Positions 26,401 through 39,239 of a DNA stretch of 64,000 nt are shown piece by piece. The position numbers and the translations under genes are program-made. The stretch covers positions 186,001 to 250,000 of the forward strand of contig NIVC01000695.1 in assembly GCA_002269645.1 (NCBI GenBank). Direction: 5' to 3'. The notes below the pieces were generated by a model. The model saw nothing but the letters and a program-made list of their open reading frames with translations. It did no database searches and was not told the DNA's origin. How positions within the stretch are numbered: position 1 is the first letter of the stretch; each line of letters opens with the position of its first letter. This stretch comes from Macrostomum lignano (lineage: Eukaryota).

Positions 26401-29400
26401 CAGAATCTGGGAGGCTGGTGGCCCAGCAACTGAGGATCTGGGAGGCTGGTGGCCCAGCAACTGAGGATCTGGGAGGCTGGTGGCCCAGCAACTGAGGATC
26501 TGGAAGGCTGGCCCAGCAACTGAGGATCTGGGAGGCTGGTGGCCCAGCAACTGAGGATCTGGGAGGCTGGTGGCCCAGCAACTGAGGATCTGGGAGGCTG
26601 GCCCAGCAACTGAGGATCTGGGAGGCTGGTGGCCCAGCAACTGAGGATCTGGGAGGCTGGTGGCCCAGCAACTAAGAACCTGGGAGGCATTAAAGGCTCC
26701 ACAGAGCTATTAAAATTTGCAGTGTTAATTAATTAGCCTACCTGGCACAGTCTAGTGGTATCAGCGATGCAGCAGTTTGAAGTAGCCAACGAAGCTGACA
26801 AAACCAAATCCTCAACCGAAGCTTCTAGCAGGCTTTCCACAAACACAGACCGAGCCCGGTCCAATGGCTTGGCTGGACAACCGCTTGACGAATAGACGGT
26901 ATCGTCAAGCCTGTGAGACATCGGCAGTGGACCTCCCGGACGGTACTCGGCCAGGAAGGCGGCGCCCTGCGGTGTGGCCATCCAGCTCAGACTGCCGCTA
27001 CTACTATTAGTATTATTAGCAGCAGTAGCAGAGGCCAGCGTAGCAGCTCCATCATAGAACTGTTTAGCTATGCAAGCGGGCAGGCCTACCCGCCTGGCGG
27101 CCAGTCCCATTGACGCTAGCAGACGGATTCGTTCGCCAATCGGTAGGACAGTATCGGCACTGCTACCAGCTAGGTTTAGAAAGTTATTACAGTTGAGTAG
27201 TAGGACTCGGAGTTGCCACCGGCTCACCGTGCAATCGCTTCTGTGTCTGTCGGTATCGCCAATGCCGATGGTCAGTTGGAGCAGGCGGCCGTATGTTAGA
27301 GAGGCCAGGGCTGCCAGATGGCGCTGCTGCTCTGACACTGGCAGGGCTAGCCGGAACTGGATTAAGGCGAGGAGGGGATGAGGCAATAAGAGATTGCTAA
27401 TCTGTTGGTAGAATGGTGTAGCTTAGATTGCTAATCTGTTGGTAGAATGGTGTAGCTTAGATTGCTAATCTGTTGGTAGAATGGTGTAGCTTAGATTGGT
27501 AATCTGTTGGTAAAATGGTGTATATTGGTAATACTAACAAAGCGGTAGGTAATACCAACAAAGCGGTAGGTAATACCAACAAAGCGGTAGGTAATACCAA
27601 CAAAGCGGTAGGTAATACCAACAAAGCGGTAGGTAATGCTAACAAAGCGGTAGGTAATGCCAACAAAGCGGTAGGTAATGCTAACAAAGCGGTAGGTAAT
27701 ACCAACAAAGCGGTAGGTAATGCTGCACTAACCCAGACTCACCAGAGAGCAGATCTGCAGGCAGGCGGCCAGCACCAGATGCCAGCCCATCTGGGCCATC
27801 CAATCAAAACTGCCAGCCACGGGCAGAGGCCGATGAAGCAGCACGAGACAGGTGCGCAGCCTGGACCAAGCTCGATCCCAGCTGCCAGCTCGAATATCCG
27901 AGTCTGCAAGGCTGCAGCACCGTTCGAATGCCAGCAGGCGTGCGGCGTGTCGCTTCGGATCCTCCGACCGACTCACAGTGCTTGGCAACGGGCTATAGCG
28001 GCAGCCCAAGCACAACAGAATCAAACAGTTCACCAGAGTGGTCAGCCACCACCACACAGAGCTGCTCCAGCCGTTGTCTTCTTCTTTTACTAAATCCACA
28101 CTTTTCAATGCTCGACCAGACGCGGAGCCAGATAAGCCGACACCGGCGCCGACACCGCCGCTGAGCCAGACGGCGCCCAGCTGCAGCGGATTAAGCAGAA
28201 ACAGAAAACAGCAAGCGGCAAGCATCATAGTGCAGCGAACTGCTGTAGATGGCTGTTGCATACTACTGCCGCTAGTAACTGTAGCAGTAGTCACTCCCGA
28301 CTGCTGCAACAATTGTACCAGAGTGGAACCAACTCCGATAGCATTGTTGCCATGGTTACCGCCGGAAGAAGATGGGCTAGGCAAACTGGTTGGCGAGTCT
28401 GTGCCATTGCCAGCGCTACTGTTGTGATTGCTGCTGCCGCTGCTGACCACGTCTTCGAATGCGCCGGGTGACAGGCCGCCGGCTGAGAGAGAGGAGTCTG
28501 CGGGTGTGGGTGATTGCATTGGAGACTTGGGTAATGTGATGGCATTGGAGACTTGGGTAATGTGATGGCATTGGAGACTTGGGTAATGTGATGGCATTGG
28601 AGACTTGGGTAATGTGATCGCATTGGAGACTTGGGTAATGTGATGGCATTGGAGACTTGGGTAATGTGATGGCATTGGAGACTTGGGTAATGATGGCATT
28701 GGAGACTAGGGTAAGGTGATGGCATTGGAGACTTGGGTAATGTGATGGCATTGGAGACTTGGGTAATGTGATGGCATTGGAGACTAGGGTAAGGTGATGG
28801 CATTGGAGACTTGGGTAATGATGGCATTGGAGACTTGGGTAATGTGATGGCATTGGAGACTTGGGTAATGATGGCATTGGAGACTTGGGTAATAATGATT
28901 AAATAAAGCCAATAACATTTACCTCGCTCATGGATGTAGTAACCAGACCCGTTACTATGCTGTTGCTGGCCCAATTGTCGTCGCAAGCTTTCATTCTCGC
29001 GCTCCAACAGGTGAATACGATCGATAGTGCGCTTCAGCACCAGACTCTTGCTTAGCTGCAATGCGAGGGTTGGGAAATGCAGAGGTAGAAAAATGTTACA
29101 ACTTGCTTGCATATCGCATATATAAGCCTCAGTTCGCATCGGCCTTGACTTTAACAACCAATCGGAACTTCCACCTCATGAACCTTTTTTCGGTTATTGC
29201 TTGGGCTTGGGTTTCTAATCCAGACAATCCAGACGTCCCTGACAAGCTTGAAGCACTCTGTCATTTCTGACAGGCGAAACACTTCTTCATGTGCGCCTGG
29301 CGCGGATTCCGAAGAGGATCTGCTTTGATCAGCAAGCCGCTATCTTGCCCGACTCATGGAGTTCTAGGACGTAGTCTGGATTGGAGGGCCAACCCCCAAG

Positions 29401-32400
29401 TCACTGAGAGTGTGTACATGCCCATTACATGCGCAATATCTTGGCAAAAGGGGGCCCAGCCAAGGTAAGTCGCAGAAACAACCACCCAAAAAATACGGAC
29501 GTAGTACTATGAGTAATTAGATGACGAGGCATATAGACCTAATAATACAGTGATAGTTACTCCTGCCGTTTACCAAATATTAATAAAGCAGTTGGACACC
29601 AGCAAATTTTAGCACTCCTTGTCTCAGAACCTTGCATCCAGTGCAGGAAAGAAGAAGGGTCATAAATCATTTTACTCCCGATTTCCTTTCCTCTCTGACA
29701 GGGGGATGGGTACCTAATCCTGCCCTTTGCTTACCTGTAATGTTATACACTGCGATGGTTAATTTATTGCAGTAACATTTCCCTATCACACTCAGTGGCA
29801 TAGCCTATGTATATAGATTGACTAATATAATCATTTCTTTTGTAATTAAACCCAACCCTGTTGCTTATGAAACACTGGTTAAACCAAAAAAAGTTTATTT
29901 AAATTGTTTACTAAAACACAATTGTAGTTTGTGGATTCGCCTGCTATTGCACTCAAGGAGTGGATAATGAATTAGGGGAGAGGGTACTGAATAAGGGGAG
30001 AGGGTAATGAATAAGGGGAGAGGGAAATGAATAAGGGGAGAAGGTAATGAAGAAGGGGAGAGGGTAATGAATAAGGGGAGAGGGTACTGAATAAGGGGAG
30101 AGGGAAATGAATAAGGGGAGAGGGTAATGAATAAGGGGAGAGGGTACTGAATAAGGGGAAAGGGTAATGAATAAGGGGAGAAGGTAATGAAGAAGGGGAG
30201 AGGGTAATGAATAAGGGGAGGGATAATGAATAACGGGAGAGGGTAATGAATAAGGGGAGAGGGTAATGAATAAGGAGAGAGGGTAATGAATAAGGGGAGA
30301 GGGTAATGAATAAGGGGAGAGGGTAATGAAGAAGGGGAGAGGGTAATGAAGAAGGTAAGAGGGTAATCAGAGAAGGTAATTGATAAGTGGAAAGAGTAAT
30401 TAGAGAAGGTAATGAAGAAGGGGAGCGGGTAATCAGAAGGGCAATCATTGAGAGTAATGAAGAGGTGTAAATACCAGCAAATAAGTAATTTTACAAAACG
30501 CACCTTGCCATCACGCCCAACCAGCATCCTGCGCAGCTCGTCAATCTTGTTATTAATACTCTGCCTGTACTTCTTCTCGATGACGGTGTGCGAAGATTTT
30601 CGACCGCCGCTGCCGCCGCCAGAGCGTCGGTTGGTCGAGCCGCTGACGCCGCCGCCGACATCCTGATCGACCAGCATCTCCTCGTCTTCCTCATCATCAT
30701 CCTCGTTGTCCTCGAAGGTCGGGGCTGGAGGTTCAGCAACTCGAGTGTGCTGCTTTTGCTGCTGCTGTTGAACAATGTGCTGCTGAAGCGGCAGCGACGG
30801 TGGCGACGCCTTCGGTGGGGAGACTGACAGAGGCGGGGTCAGCCGCTCCAGCTGAGGGCGAGAATTTCAGTCGCATGAGAATTGCGAATGGCGACTTGAG
30901 ACATCCCTGAAGACACAGCAGATTTCAGCTGAGACACCCCTGAAGACACAGCAGATTTCAGCTGAGACACCCCTGAAGACACAGCAGATCTGAGACACCC
31001 CCGAAGACACACCAGATCTCATCTGAGACAACCCCGAAGACACAGCAGATCTCATCTGAGACAATCTTGAAGACACAGTAGATCTCATCCGAGACACCCC
31101 TGAAGACACAGCAGATCTCATCTGAGACACCACCGAAGACACAGCAGATCTCATCCGAGACACCCCTGAAGACACAGTAGATCTCAGCTGAGACACCCCT
31201 GAAGACACAGCAGATCTTATCCGAGACACCCCTGAAGACACAGTAGATCTCAGCTGAGACACCCCTGAAGACACAGCAGATCTCATCCGAGACACCCCTG
31301 AAGACATAGCAGATCTCATCTGAGACAATCTTGAAGACACAGTAGATCTCATCCGAGACACCCCTGAAGACACAGCAGATCTCATCTGAGACACCCCTGA
31401 AGACAAAGCAGATCTCATCCGAGACACCCCTGAAGACAAAGCAGATCTCATCCGAGACACCCCTGAAGACAAAGCAGATATCAGCTGAGACACCCCTGAA
31501 GACAAAGCAGATCTCAGCTGAGACACCCCTGAAGACAAAGCAGATCTCAGCTGAGACACCCCTGAAGACAAAGCAGATCTCAGCTGAGACACCCCTGAAG
31601 ACAAAGCAGATCTCAGCTGAGACACCCCTGAAGACAAAGCAGATCTCAGCTGAGACACCCCTGAAGACAAAGCAGATCTCAGCTGAGACACCCCCGAAGA
31701 CACAGCAAATCTGAACTGCTGCGATGCCAGTACCATGTACTAAAAATTCTCAACTATAACTTTACAATAAAAGAAAAACTCACTTTAAAATTAGCTGCAG
31801 TCACAGTCGGCTGCTGCTGCTGCTGATGCACAGTTGACACATGACCGGGATTTTGAATTGGCGCCAAAGAAACCGCAGGATGATTAGCGGCAGTAGTAGT
31901 AACAGTAGTATTATTAGCATTTGGCAATACAAGTTGCAAACTACCACTAGCCAATTGTTCCAACTGAGCGGTGGAAAGTTCTCTAAAAGCAGCGGCTAGC
32001 TGCTCTGCTTGTGGTCCGGGCCTGTGCTGCTGCAACTGTTGCTGCTCCTGGCAGACTTGGCGTACTAATTTAGCAATGAGATCTTCGCGCTTGGCTGTGT
32101 CCTCGCGCTGTTGCAACAGCAAGGCGATGAGTTTATCAGTGGCCGTGACAGACTGGTTAGCAGCGGACTGAGAGGCAACTGCTGTGGAAGTGGTTGAACT
32201 GACAGCACACGGCGTGGTTGTCACGGCAGGCGGAGCGGGTGTCACCACGGGTCCGGAGGTTGGATTGCGCAACAAAGACTCGAGAACGTTGAACTTTTGT
32301 TGATGGACAGGTTCAGCTTTTAGCAATGCTGGCTGCTGCTGCTGTTGTTGCTGCTCCAGAGGCTGGTCCAGCACGCCATTGAATTGGTCAAACTCGCCCA

Positions 32401-32523
32401 TGATCTGCTGGACAAATGTATCATCGAGCAGTGGATCGTGATCTGGTATCACGCCTGACATTAGGTCAAAGTCGGTGCCAAGCTCATCTGTGCGCAGGTC
32501 GCTCAGGATGTCATCTAGAGGAT
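23455..32523 (-). CDS. SREBP: Sterol regulatory element-binding protein (bHLH-Zip, two TM segments, C-terminal regulatory domain); 5' end unresolved
   Basis: Minus-strand exons 32514 (or 32523)-31784, 30851-30504, 29055-28923, 28497-27743, 27356-26742, 26259-25918, 23826-23455; phases consistent. bHLH SHTVIEKKYRQSINNKIDELRRML...|LSKSLVLKRTIDRIHLLEREN carries the SREBP-diagnostic Tyr. Acidic N-terminus, TM1 with NP, luminal GRALKS, and C-terminal motifs DPESCWWAA, CLIGLDWLLSAR, LAAHEAALRLLSGANP. Confidence 0.92.
23865..24800. repeat. 26-bp intronic minisatellite (GGATTTGGAGATTTCTTGTGGATCTG), last SREBP intron
   Basis: About 35 units. Confidence 0.95.
26405..26685. repeat. 28-31 bp intronic minisatellite (GATCTGGGAGGCTGGTGGCCCAGCAACTGAG)
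   Basis: About 9 units inside an SREBP intron. Confidence 0.93.
27388..27722. repeat. Two adjacent intronic arrays: 34-bp (AGATTGCTAATCTGTTGGTAGAATGGTGTAGCTT) and 21-bp (AATACCAACAAAGCGGTAGGT)
   Basis: About 3.5 and about 9 units. Confidence 0.9.
28515..28892. repeat. 24-26 bp intronic minisatellite (GGAGACTTGGGTAATGTGATGGCATT)
   Basis: About 15 units. Confidence 0.94.
29965..30440. repeat. 20-bp intronic minisatellite (GAATAAGGGGAGAGGGTAAT)
   Basis: About 22 units in the intron that splits the SREBP bHLH. Confidence 0.93.
30895..31705. repeat. 33-bp intronic minisatellite (GAGACACCCCTGAAGACACAGCAGATCTCAGCT)
   Basis: About 24 units. Confidence 0.95.
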
Positions 32524-34370
32524 CTAGAGGAGAAGAGGTTGTTGGGAATAAGAAATGATGGGAAAAAATTAATGACAAGAAAAACTAGTTCAAGATCTCA
32601 AATATTTTCAGGACTTAGAATATAGGTCAAATAAATAGATTTGATAAAGGATTTCTTATATTTTCTGATATCTCTTCAACAATAAGTATCCCCTGGCAGT
32701 CTATTGACAGTCCCTTGATGGGCTTCTTACAGACACTTGATAGCAAATTTGTATACTTAGTTCTTAGCTACAGATTTATATTACTGCATATCTAAGTTAG
32801 TATTACTCTTGCTGTGATACAATGTAGATGAATTAAGGATATACTATAAAAGGTCCTAAGATATACTTATGAAAATGTAAGTGCAAATAATGTTCCTTAG
32901 CATTCTTAAAATCACTCTTTATGCATTTATCACCTTTGGCTAATATATGGTTTGCTACCTTCCCTATGTATCTCTTCTGCTGCTAGCTAGGCTGGAGCTA
33001 TCATTAGCTTTATTCTGTAATTTTTTATGTACCACCTATTGCCATGCCAGCCTAGTAAATAAATGCAAATTTAAACAAAAGTTAGCCTCTATCAATTGTC
33101 ATGAATATTGCCAATTTGACTCAAGTGTTATTTGAACATTAAATTTGATTGCCATCTATCAAAGTATTTGTATTGCTTCAAAAAGTTCTATCACTATACC
33201 CATACAAAAACTCTTTATACTAGGTCAATTGATAGGGACTCAAGTGAAATTTTGAAAGTTACTTTTTAGTATTTTTCGATTAGGTCTTTCAATTAATAAT
33301 TTATAGAATTAGTGATTACTTGAAGGTATTTTGCTTTAACTTGTACTCGTTACATTATTTACTTTGCTGGTTACAAAACTTCATATCAATTTCGTTGTGT
33401 TTTACTTCTTCATCTTGACAATCTTTTCTTAATTTTGTTTAACTTTACATGGACAATACACTAAAAGACCTGATCCTGATTCCCGAATCCCAATCCCGAT
33501 CCCGAGAAAAAAATTATTCCCGATTCTGATCCCACCCAAAGATTTCAATCCCGTCCAACCTCTAGTCTCAACCTTATTACCAAAGCTAATAAATTGACCC
33601 ACTGAATACAAATTGACAACCAACCCTTTCCCATAATAGACTAAACCTTTGGTTCTCCTGAATATTTTGAACCCATTGTAAATTGAGCCAATTGAGCTTC
33701 TTATTTGGAATACTATCTTTTTATGTTATTAATATGTTTTAAGACAATATCTAGAGATTGTGACTATCAAACACAACAATCTGTAAGTTACTATCAAGTG
33801 ATTTGCATCATCAAGAAGTCAGTTGAATCTGCTACCTCAGTTATTTAGCTCTCAGTGATTATCAAAGTTATATATAGAGCCAAAGTAGTAAGAAACTAAA
33901 AGACTAATGATACTCAAGATAGAAAACAACAAACATCTAAAATAATCCACTAATATAACTAGAATAACCAAAAACCTTTGCAACAATGTTTAAAAATTAG
34001 ACCTAGATTTAAAATATAAATAGGATTATAAAAAAACATTTTTTTACAATTTGGCTACAACAAATGCCTTTGTTGCAAATATAATTTAACATTTAAAGTT
34101 ATTTTTTTCTAGGGACAACAAAGGCAAAGCTAACCTTTTGAAAAAATAAAAACAATATCAATGAGAATTTTGTCAATTTTTTAGCATATCTAATTTAAAA
34201 AATAGTTTATTATATTAGCTTTATATTTTATCCTAGAAATGACTTTTCATGCTAGAAATTTCCATTTTAAAAAAATACAAAAATAGAGGCCTCTTTGTAT
34301 CTTGTACATTATAGTTTTTTTAAAAGCCACTTCTATGCAAAAGATAACATAGTTTGCTATTACTCTATAC

Positions 34371-34835
34371 CCATAGTCCGGAAGGTGGCCTTTACGCCGG
34401 AATTTTCCGGCGTCATTTTGCACTTGCTGACAATCTTGGCGTACATTTGGCGTATAGAATATTCAGGTTCAACATGAAGTGTAAACAACCGGCGTACAAG
34501 AAATAGAAAAGTTCAGGGCCGATGCAATCATGTAGTTAAATATCAATCAACCAAAGCTCTTCTCTTCTGAATATAAACGGTTAACAAAACAGAAAATATT
34601 AACGAAATTTACGAGAAAAACAAAATTAAAACAAAGAATATTAGTTTTTGGAAAAAATCAGCCATTTTAAAGTTAATGATAATTGTTAAGTTTTTAAAAC
34701 TATAAATTCTTTAAAAAATTGGCGTATAAACAACTTTTGACTTGGCATAAAAAATTTTTGAACTTTACGTCGGCGTAAAATTGAAAAGACACGAATTTTC
34801 ACTCCGGCGTACGCCTGCCATGATCTGGACTATGG
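34371..34835. mobile_element. 465-bp non-autonomous TIR element (MITE) with 8-bp TSD
   Basis: Left CCATAGTCCGGA...TTTACGCCGGA; right TCCGGCGTAC...TCTGGACTATGG; TSD CTCTATAC at 34363-34370 and 34836-34843. Confidence 0.88.
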
Positions 34836-35371
34836 CTCTATACCCTATTATCCTAACAAAATATAAAAAGAAGAATGTTTTAGATAATAAACATTTTTTA
34901 AGTTTTTTTCAAAGATAACTTGTATTTTTTCTTTTATCTAATAATATATATTTGCTTTTTATTCTATGTATATATAAGTTATTCTATGTAATAGTATTAT
35001 AAATGTATGTATATAATGTATCCCATGTAATATACAATTGCATTTAAAAGTTACCTATAAACCTGCAATATTTCATTTGAATTTTCAATGAAAAAAGTAT
35101 AAATAGTAAAGCAATATATTGTAAAAATGGCAAAAAGGTCAATTTTTATATGATAGTTTTTTAGTATACTTTTATTTAGAACTTTAGATAAAAAATTATT
35201 GTTAGTTACATTTTTCAACTATAGTATAATTTAATATTTAAGTATCAAATTGCATAAGTTTAGACTTGAGTAAGATATAACACAAAGTATTAAAATTGAA
35301 GTACAAAATTATTCTATTTTTGAACAAGCTTTTCAAAGCTTTGGCTTATATTGAAAGACATAATAGCAATA

Positions 35372-35983
35372 GGCTAGCTTGGAAAAAAGATCAAAATATC
35401 TCTAGGCTAGCCTAGGAAAAGATCTGGCTATCCTGCAGAATCATTGATTTTGTTAAACTCACTGTATGTATATTTTTTAGCCATTGATATGAAACTTGCC
35501 AAAAATGAGTATTTTCATTATGCCAATATTTTGGAAGTGTTTTGGCATTAAAATTCCATTTGTGGGTTTTTTGTCTGGTTTAACAAATGATTCTGCAGGA
35601 TAGCCAAAGATCTTCTATTTAGCTTTCTTATATAGACCCTATTTTGCCTGGAAAAAGATCATCTTTGACTAAATGAATTAAATATCAAAGTGTCAATGTA
35701 GAAAATAAGCAAAACACATATTTGCTTATGTTTGGTATTCACTTAAAAATGACAAGAAGTTTAAATTGAATTTTTTCTCCTAATTTGAATTACATGAATT
35801 ATAAATTTATAAACTTCTTGTTTTTTTATTATATCATATTATATTATATATTATATTATATATATTATAATTTATTTATAAATTGAACTATATAATTTGA
35901 ATGAATGTATATAAGCAAGATCAACAGAATATCTTTTCCCAGGCTAGCCTGGAGATATTTTGATCTTTTTTTCCAGGCTAGCC
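35372..35983. mobile_element. ~610-bp TIR element with ~55-bp bipartite TIRs (GGCTAGCYTGGAAAAAAGATCAAAATATCTCYAGGCTAGCC)
   Basis: Left 35370-35425 is the near-perfect reverse complement of 35930-35985; flanked by TA; no longer TSD visible. Confidence 0.8.
35426..35605. mobile_element. 180-bp nested MITE with GG...CC ends and 8-bp TSD (Merlin-like signature)
   Basis: TIR GGCTATCCTGCAGAATCATT / AATGATTCTGCAGGATAGCC; TSD AAAGATCT at 35418-35425 and 35606-35613. Confidence 0.88.
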
Positions 35984-36464
35984 TACTACTGCCGTAGGGT
36001 GCACCATTGAAAAGAAAAAATGTTTGTACTTACACGACATTGTGCTCTAGATCAGCCAAAAGTAAGTGTACTTTTGGAACTCTAGCAGCACTGAAGGCGT
36101 CGAACAATGAATACCGGAGTCTCTATATGACTATTTTGTCGGACTATAGAAAAACTTTAGTACAGATGAAGTTTAGTTATATAGCTAATGCGTACAATAC
36201 AAACAAACGAACGAAACATGAGACCATGAGTTAAAAAGCTTTCGTTCAAAGCTGTTAAATTAGCGCTAAACAAAAGTCACACCACTTCTTTAACATTAAA
36301 ACAAACTTATGATTAGAAGAATCTTTAAAATAAAGCAGATTGTAGATAAGTCAGTTCAAAGACAAACAAAGTAAACATTTATGCTACAACTGGGTCAGTT
36401 TACATTTTTAACTATATTTCATTTGTCACAGTGATCACGCGATTTTCCTGACCAATTATTTCGA

Positions 36465-36656
36465 CTAACTAGGCCAAGGGCCAAGAAATTTGTTGAGGGA
36501 GCGGATTTTGAAGGGTTAAAACCGGGGGGCGGAGAGGGTGCGGCTCTGTATTTTGGCGAAAATTCGCTTGGTCCTTCCTCCCTTTGATTTTTTTCTGGTC
36601 TCCGCCTAAGAGGGGGGCGACCACCCTCCACCCCCCCCCCCTAGTTGCGCCACTGG
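36465..36656 (-). mobile_element. Possible truncated MITE with a CAGTGGCGCAACTAGGGGG end
   Basis: GC-rich island in AT-rich DNA; only the AACTAGG/CCTAGTT core is inverted at the other end; no TSD. Confidence 0.3.
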
Positions 36657-37422
36657 GCAAACTACGTCTTATGCTAATCAGTGGCTCGATCCACCGACGA
36701 AAAATAAGGCCAAATTTCGTGTTATCACCTAACTTATAACATCAAATATTCCTTTCGGTCGTGCGATTTGATTGAACAAGTGTGAATGAAGCCAATTAAA
36801 GCCAAAAATCATGTCAATACATGTCATTTTAATCGGCGGATGACTGGATCTAAATGGGCAATTTTCACATTTTCAAGGGGCAATTTTTAATTGCACTTTA
36901 GAATGCTATCAATAATAAAGGTATAGGCTTTCATGTTTTTAATTCAGATCCAATTCCGCCTGTCGATCGTGCCCGGCCTCGATCCTGCTTGTACACTGTA
37001 ATCGGTGCGGTGGAACTCTACGCCGATTCGTTGACTTAAAAGTCTGAACGGCAAAACAGATCGTTTGAAAGTGCTTCAGGCTTATAGTTCGACCAGCAGG
37101 TCCTAATCGACAATTACAAGCGTTATTCGAACGCTAAAGAACAATTACTGTTACGTGTACAAATGCAAATTTTACGAGGCAATAATTGCATGCACTTGTA
37201 CATTAATGTACATGTATTCGGCAGTAAATCTTTGACATTTAGTTTGTTTTCGGGATGTTCAATATTATATTCTTTTATAACTTAAATATGGATGGGCACA
37301 AGCTGGAGACGCATTTAAGTGGAGAAGATGTTTGTAAAGTACAAACATCTGTTTCTCAGGTTGTGAAGTTCATTCTTCCAGTTTCATTGAAATTCAAACA
37401 GCCGCGAGAATTGACTCGTCGA

Positions 37423-39239
37423 TCAGCCGCAGCTGGTTGATGCGAACCTGACAGACACGAAGCCCTGATCGCCAGTGCAGCTGCTGCTGGAGACGCAGCC
37501 GTCCAGGCAGAAGGAGCCACCGCCGCCGCCGATGTGACTGCGGCCGACACCCGCGCCGCCGCCACTGAAGCCTCCGCCTCCGCCAGCAGCGCCTTTGATC
37601 GAGCCGCGCATGCAGCCGCAGCCGCCGCCGCCGCCGAAGCCGCCGTGGCAGGCGCTGCCACCACCGGCGCTGCCGCCGACCCAGCCTTGGGCCCGACTGC
37701 CGCCTCGTTTGCCATCCCAGGAGCTCCGCCTAGGGTTGACTGCCCTGCCAAGCCAGCCGGCGCCGCAGCCTCCGTGGTCAGAGTTTGATGGGGTGCCACT
37801 CGGATTGTTGGAGCCCGGCTGGCCGTTGATGCCGCCGAAGCCTTTGTTGTTCTCAGCTCCGATGCTGTCCGAGCCGTTAGTTCCCACTTGTCCTGGCCTT
37901 CCTGCAGTTTTTTGTATTACTATCGTACAGAGAACTACACGATGCACAATAGGGTACGGAAACTTAATGTCCTGTAGAAACCACAATTAGTTATACCGAC
38001 ATATCAACTATCAAACTATAATACGTTTTTGGAAAGTTTTTATCAGACAGTCCAGTTTTTACCGAAAATATATACATTACGGAGATAAGAGCTGCATGTT
38101 TTCATGCTATCAGCACAAAATTTATTAATGCTTTGAATGGCAGGCAGATCCAATGTTCATCTTATTATTGATATGTCTTGCCTTTCTTTTGTATAGCTCT
38201 ATTGATATTCATAGAGCCTTTTGTTTACGTCCTGTGCCTAAACATCATAAAAAATGGCACAACTTGATTCACTAATTTTATGAATCTTTTTTATCATGCT
38301 TTGCTCATTGACAGTAACGATATGAATTTTTTTTTAAACTGCAGTTATTAAGCATTCAAACAAATGGGACAGGCTTTTAAATAAATATGGCTTATTGGAC
38401 TAATTTATCAAAAAAACCTGCCTCCTTAAAAGTTCGAGAAACATTCACGCTCACCATCGTGTCCTATACCGGCGCCACCGCCCCCGCCGGCAGCCAGCAG
38501 CAGCAGCTGGTCGTTCGTCCGGTACACGAAGCTGCCGCCGCCTCCGCCGCCTCCTTCGCTGCTCAGGGAGGTCGAGCCGCCTGTCTGGCCCACAACGATG
38601 CTCAGCTGGGTGCCGGCCGTCAGGTTGACTCTGGCGCTCACCTGGGCTCCGGGGCCTCCGAAGTTCATCAGGGCGTTGTTGCCTCCTCTGGCACCGGCTG
38701 CCTCAATGAGGTAGCAGCCGCTAGCGGGAGCCGTGAAGGTTTCGATCGATCCGTTTCTGCCCGAGCTGCTGTCTGTGGGAGTTTATGATGAAGCTTTGAC
38801 TGCAACGATTGTCGCAGACATTTTCAAACAATTCCATATCTCGAGACTCACTTCTCAGCAGCACTGAAGCCGACGTCAAACTCATAAGGTTTTGGTCAAA
38901 CTCTTCCGCTTTCCACAAATTCACAGCGCTATCGTCAGGCGAGCCGAGCTGTATCGTCACGTGACTTCCGTTTGGACCGGCGGGCTGCCCCAATGACTCA
39001 TTGTTGATGCTGACTGTCCGACAGACTCTGGCGGTCTTGTTCAGCTCGACGACAGCGCAGCCCCTGAGCTGGCACAGCAGCAGGCAATGACTTTCCTGAG
39101 CGACATCGGTCTTGACGAACAAGCTGATCACAGAGTCAATCAGCTCAACGGAGCTGCTGGTGACGAATCGATTGAAGCGTTTGAGGCTCAGAACGTTTTT
39201 CACTGAAATTCGAGCGAGTATAAAAAGCAGTTCACACAT
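37423..39239 (-). CDS. Predicted secreted protein: PAN/apple-like Cys motif plus ALK/LTK-type glycine-rich domain
   Basis: Exons 39239-38852, 38772-38455, 37901-37423 (both introns phase 1). Hydrophobic N-terminus MCELLFILARISV; SHCLLLCQLRGCAVVELNKTARVC; then IETFTAPASGCYLIEAAGARGG...GAQVSARVNLTAGTQLSIVVGQTGG...GGGGGSFVY...LLLAAGGGGG and terminal GFVSVRF, the layout of the ALK/LTK glycine-rich domain. No TM segment or kinase. Confidence 0.8.
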
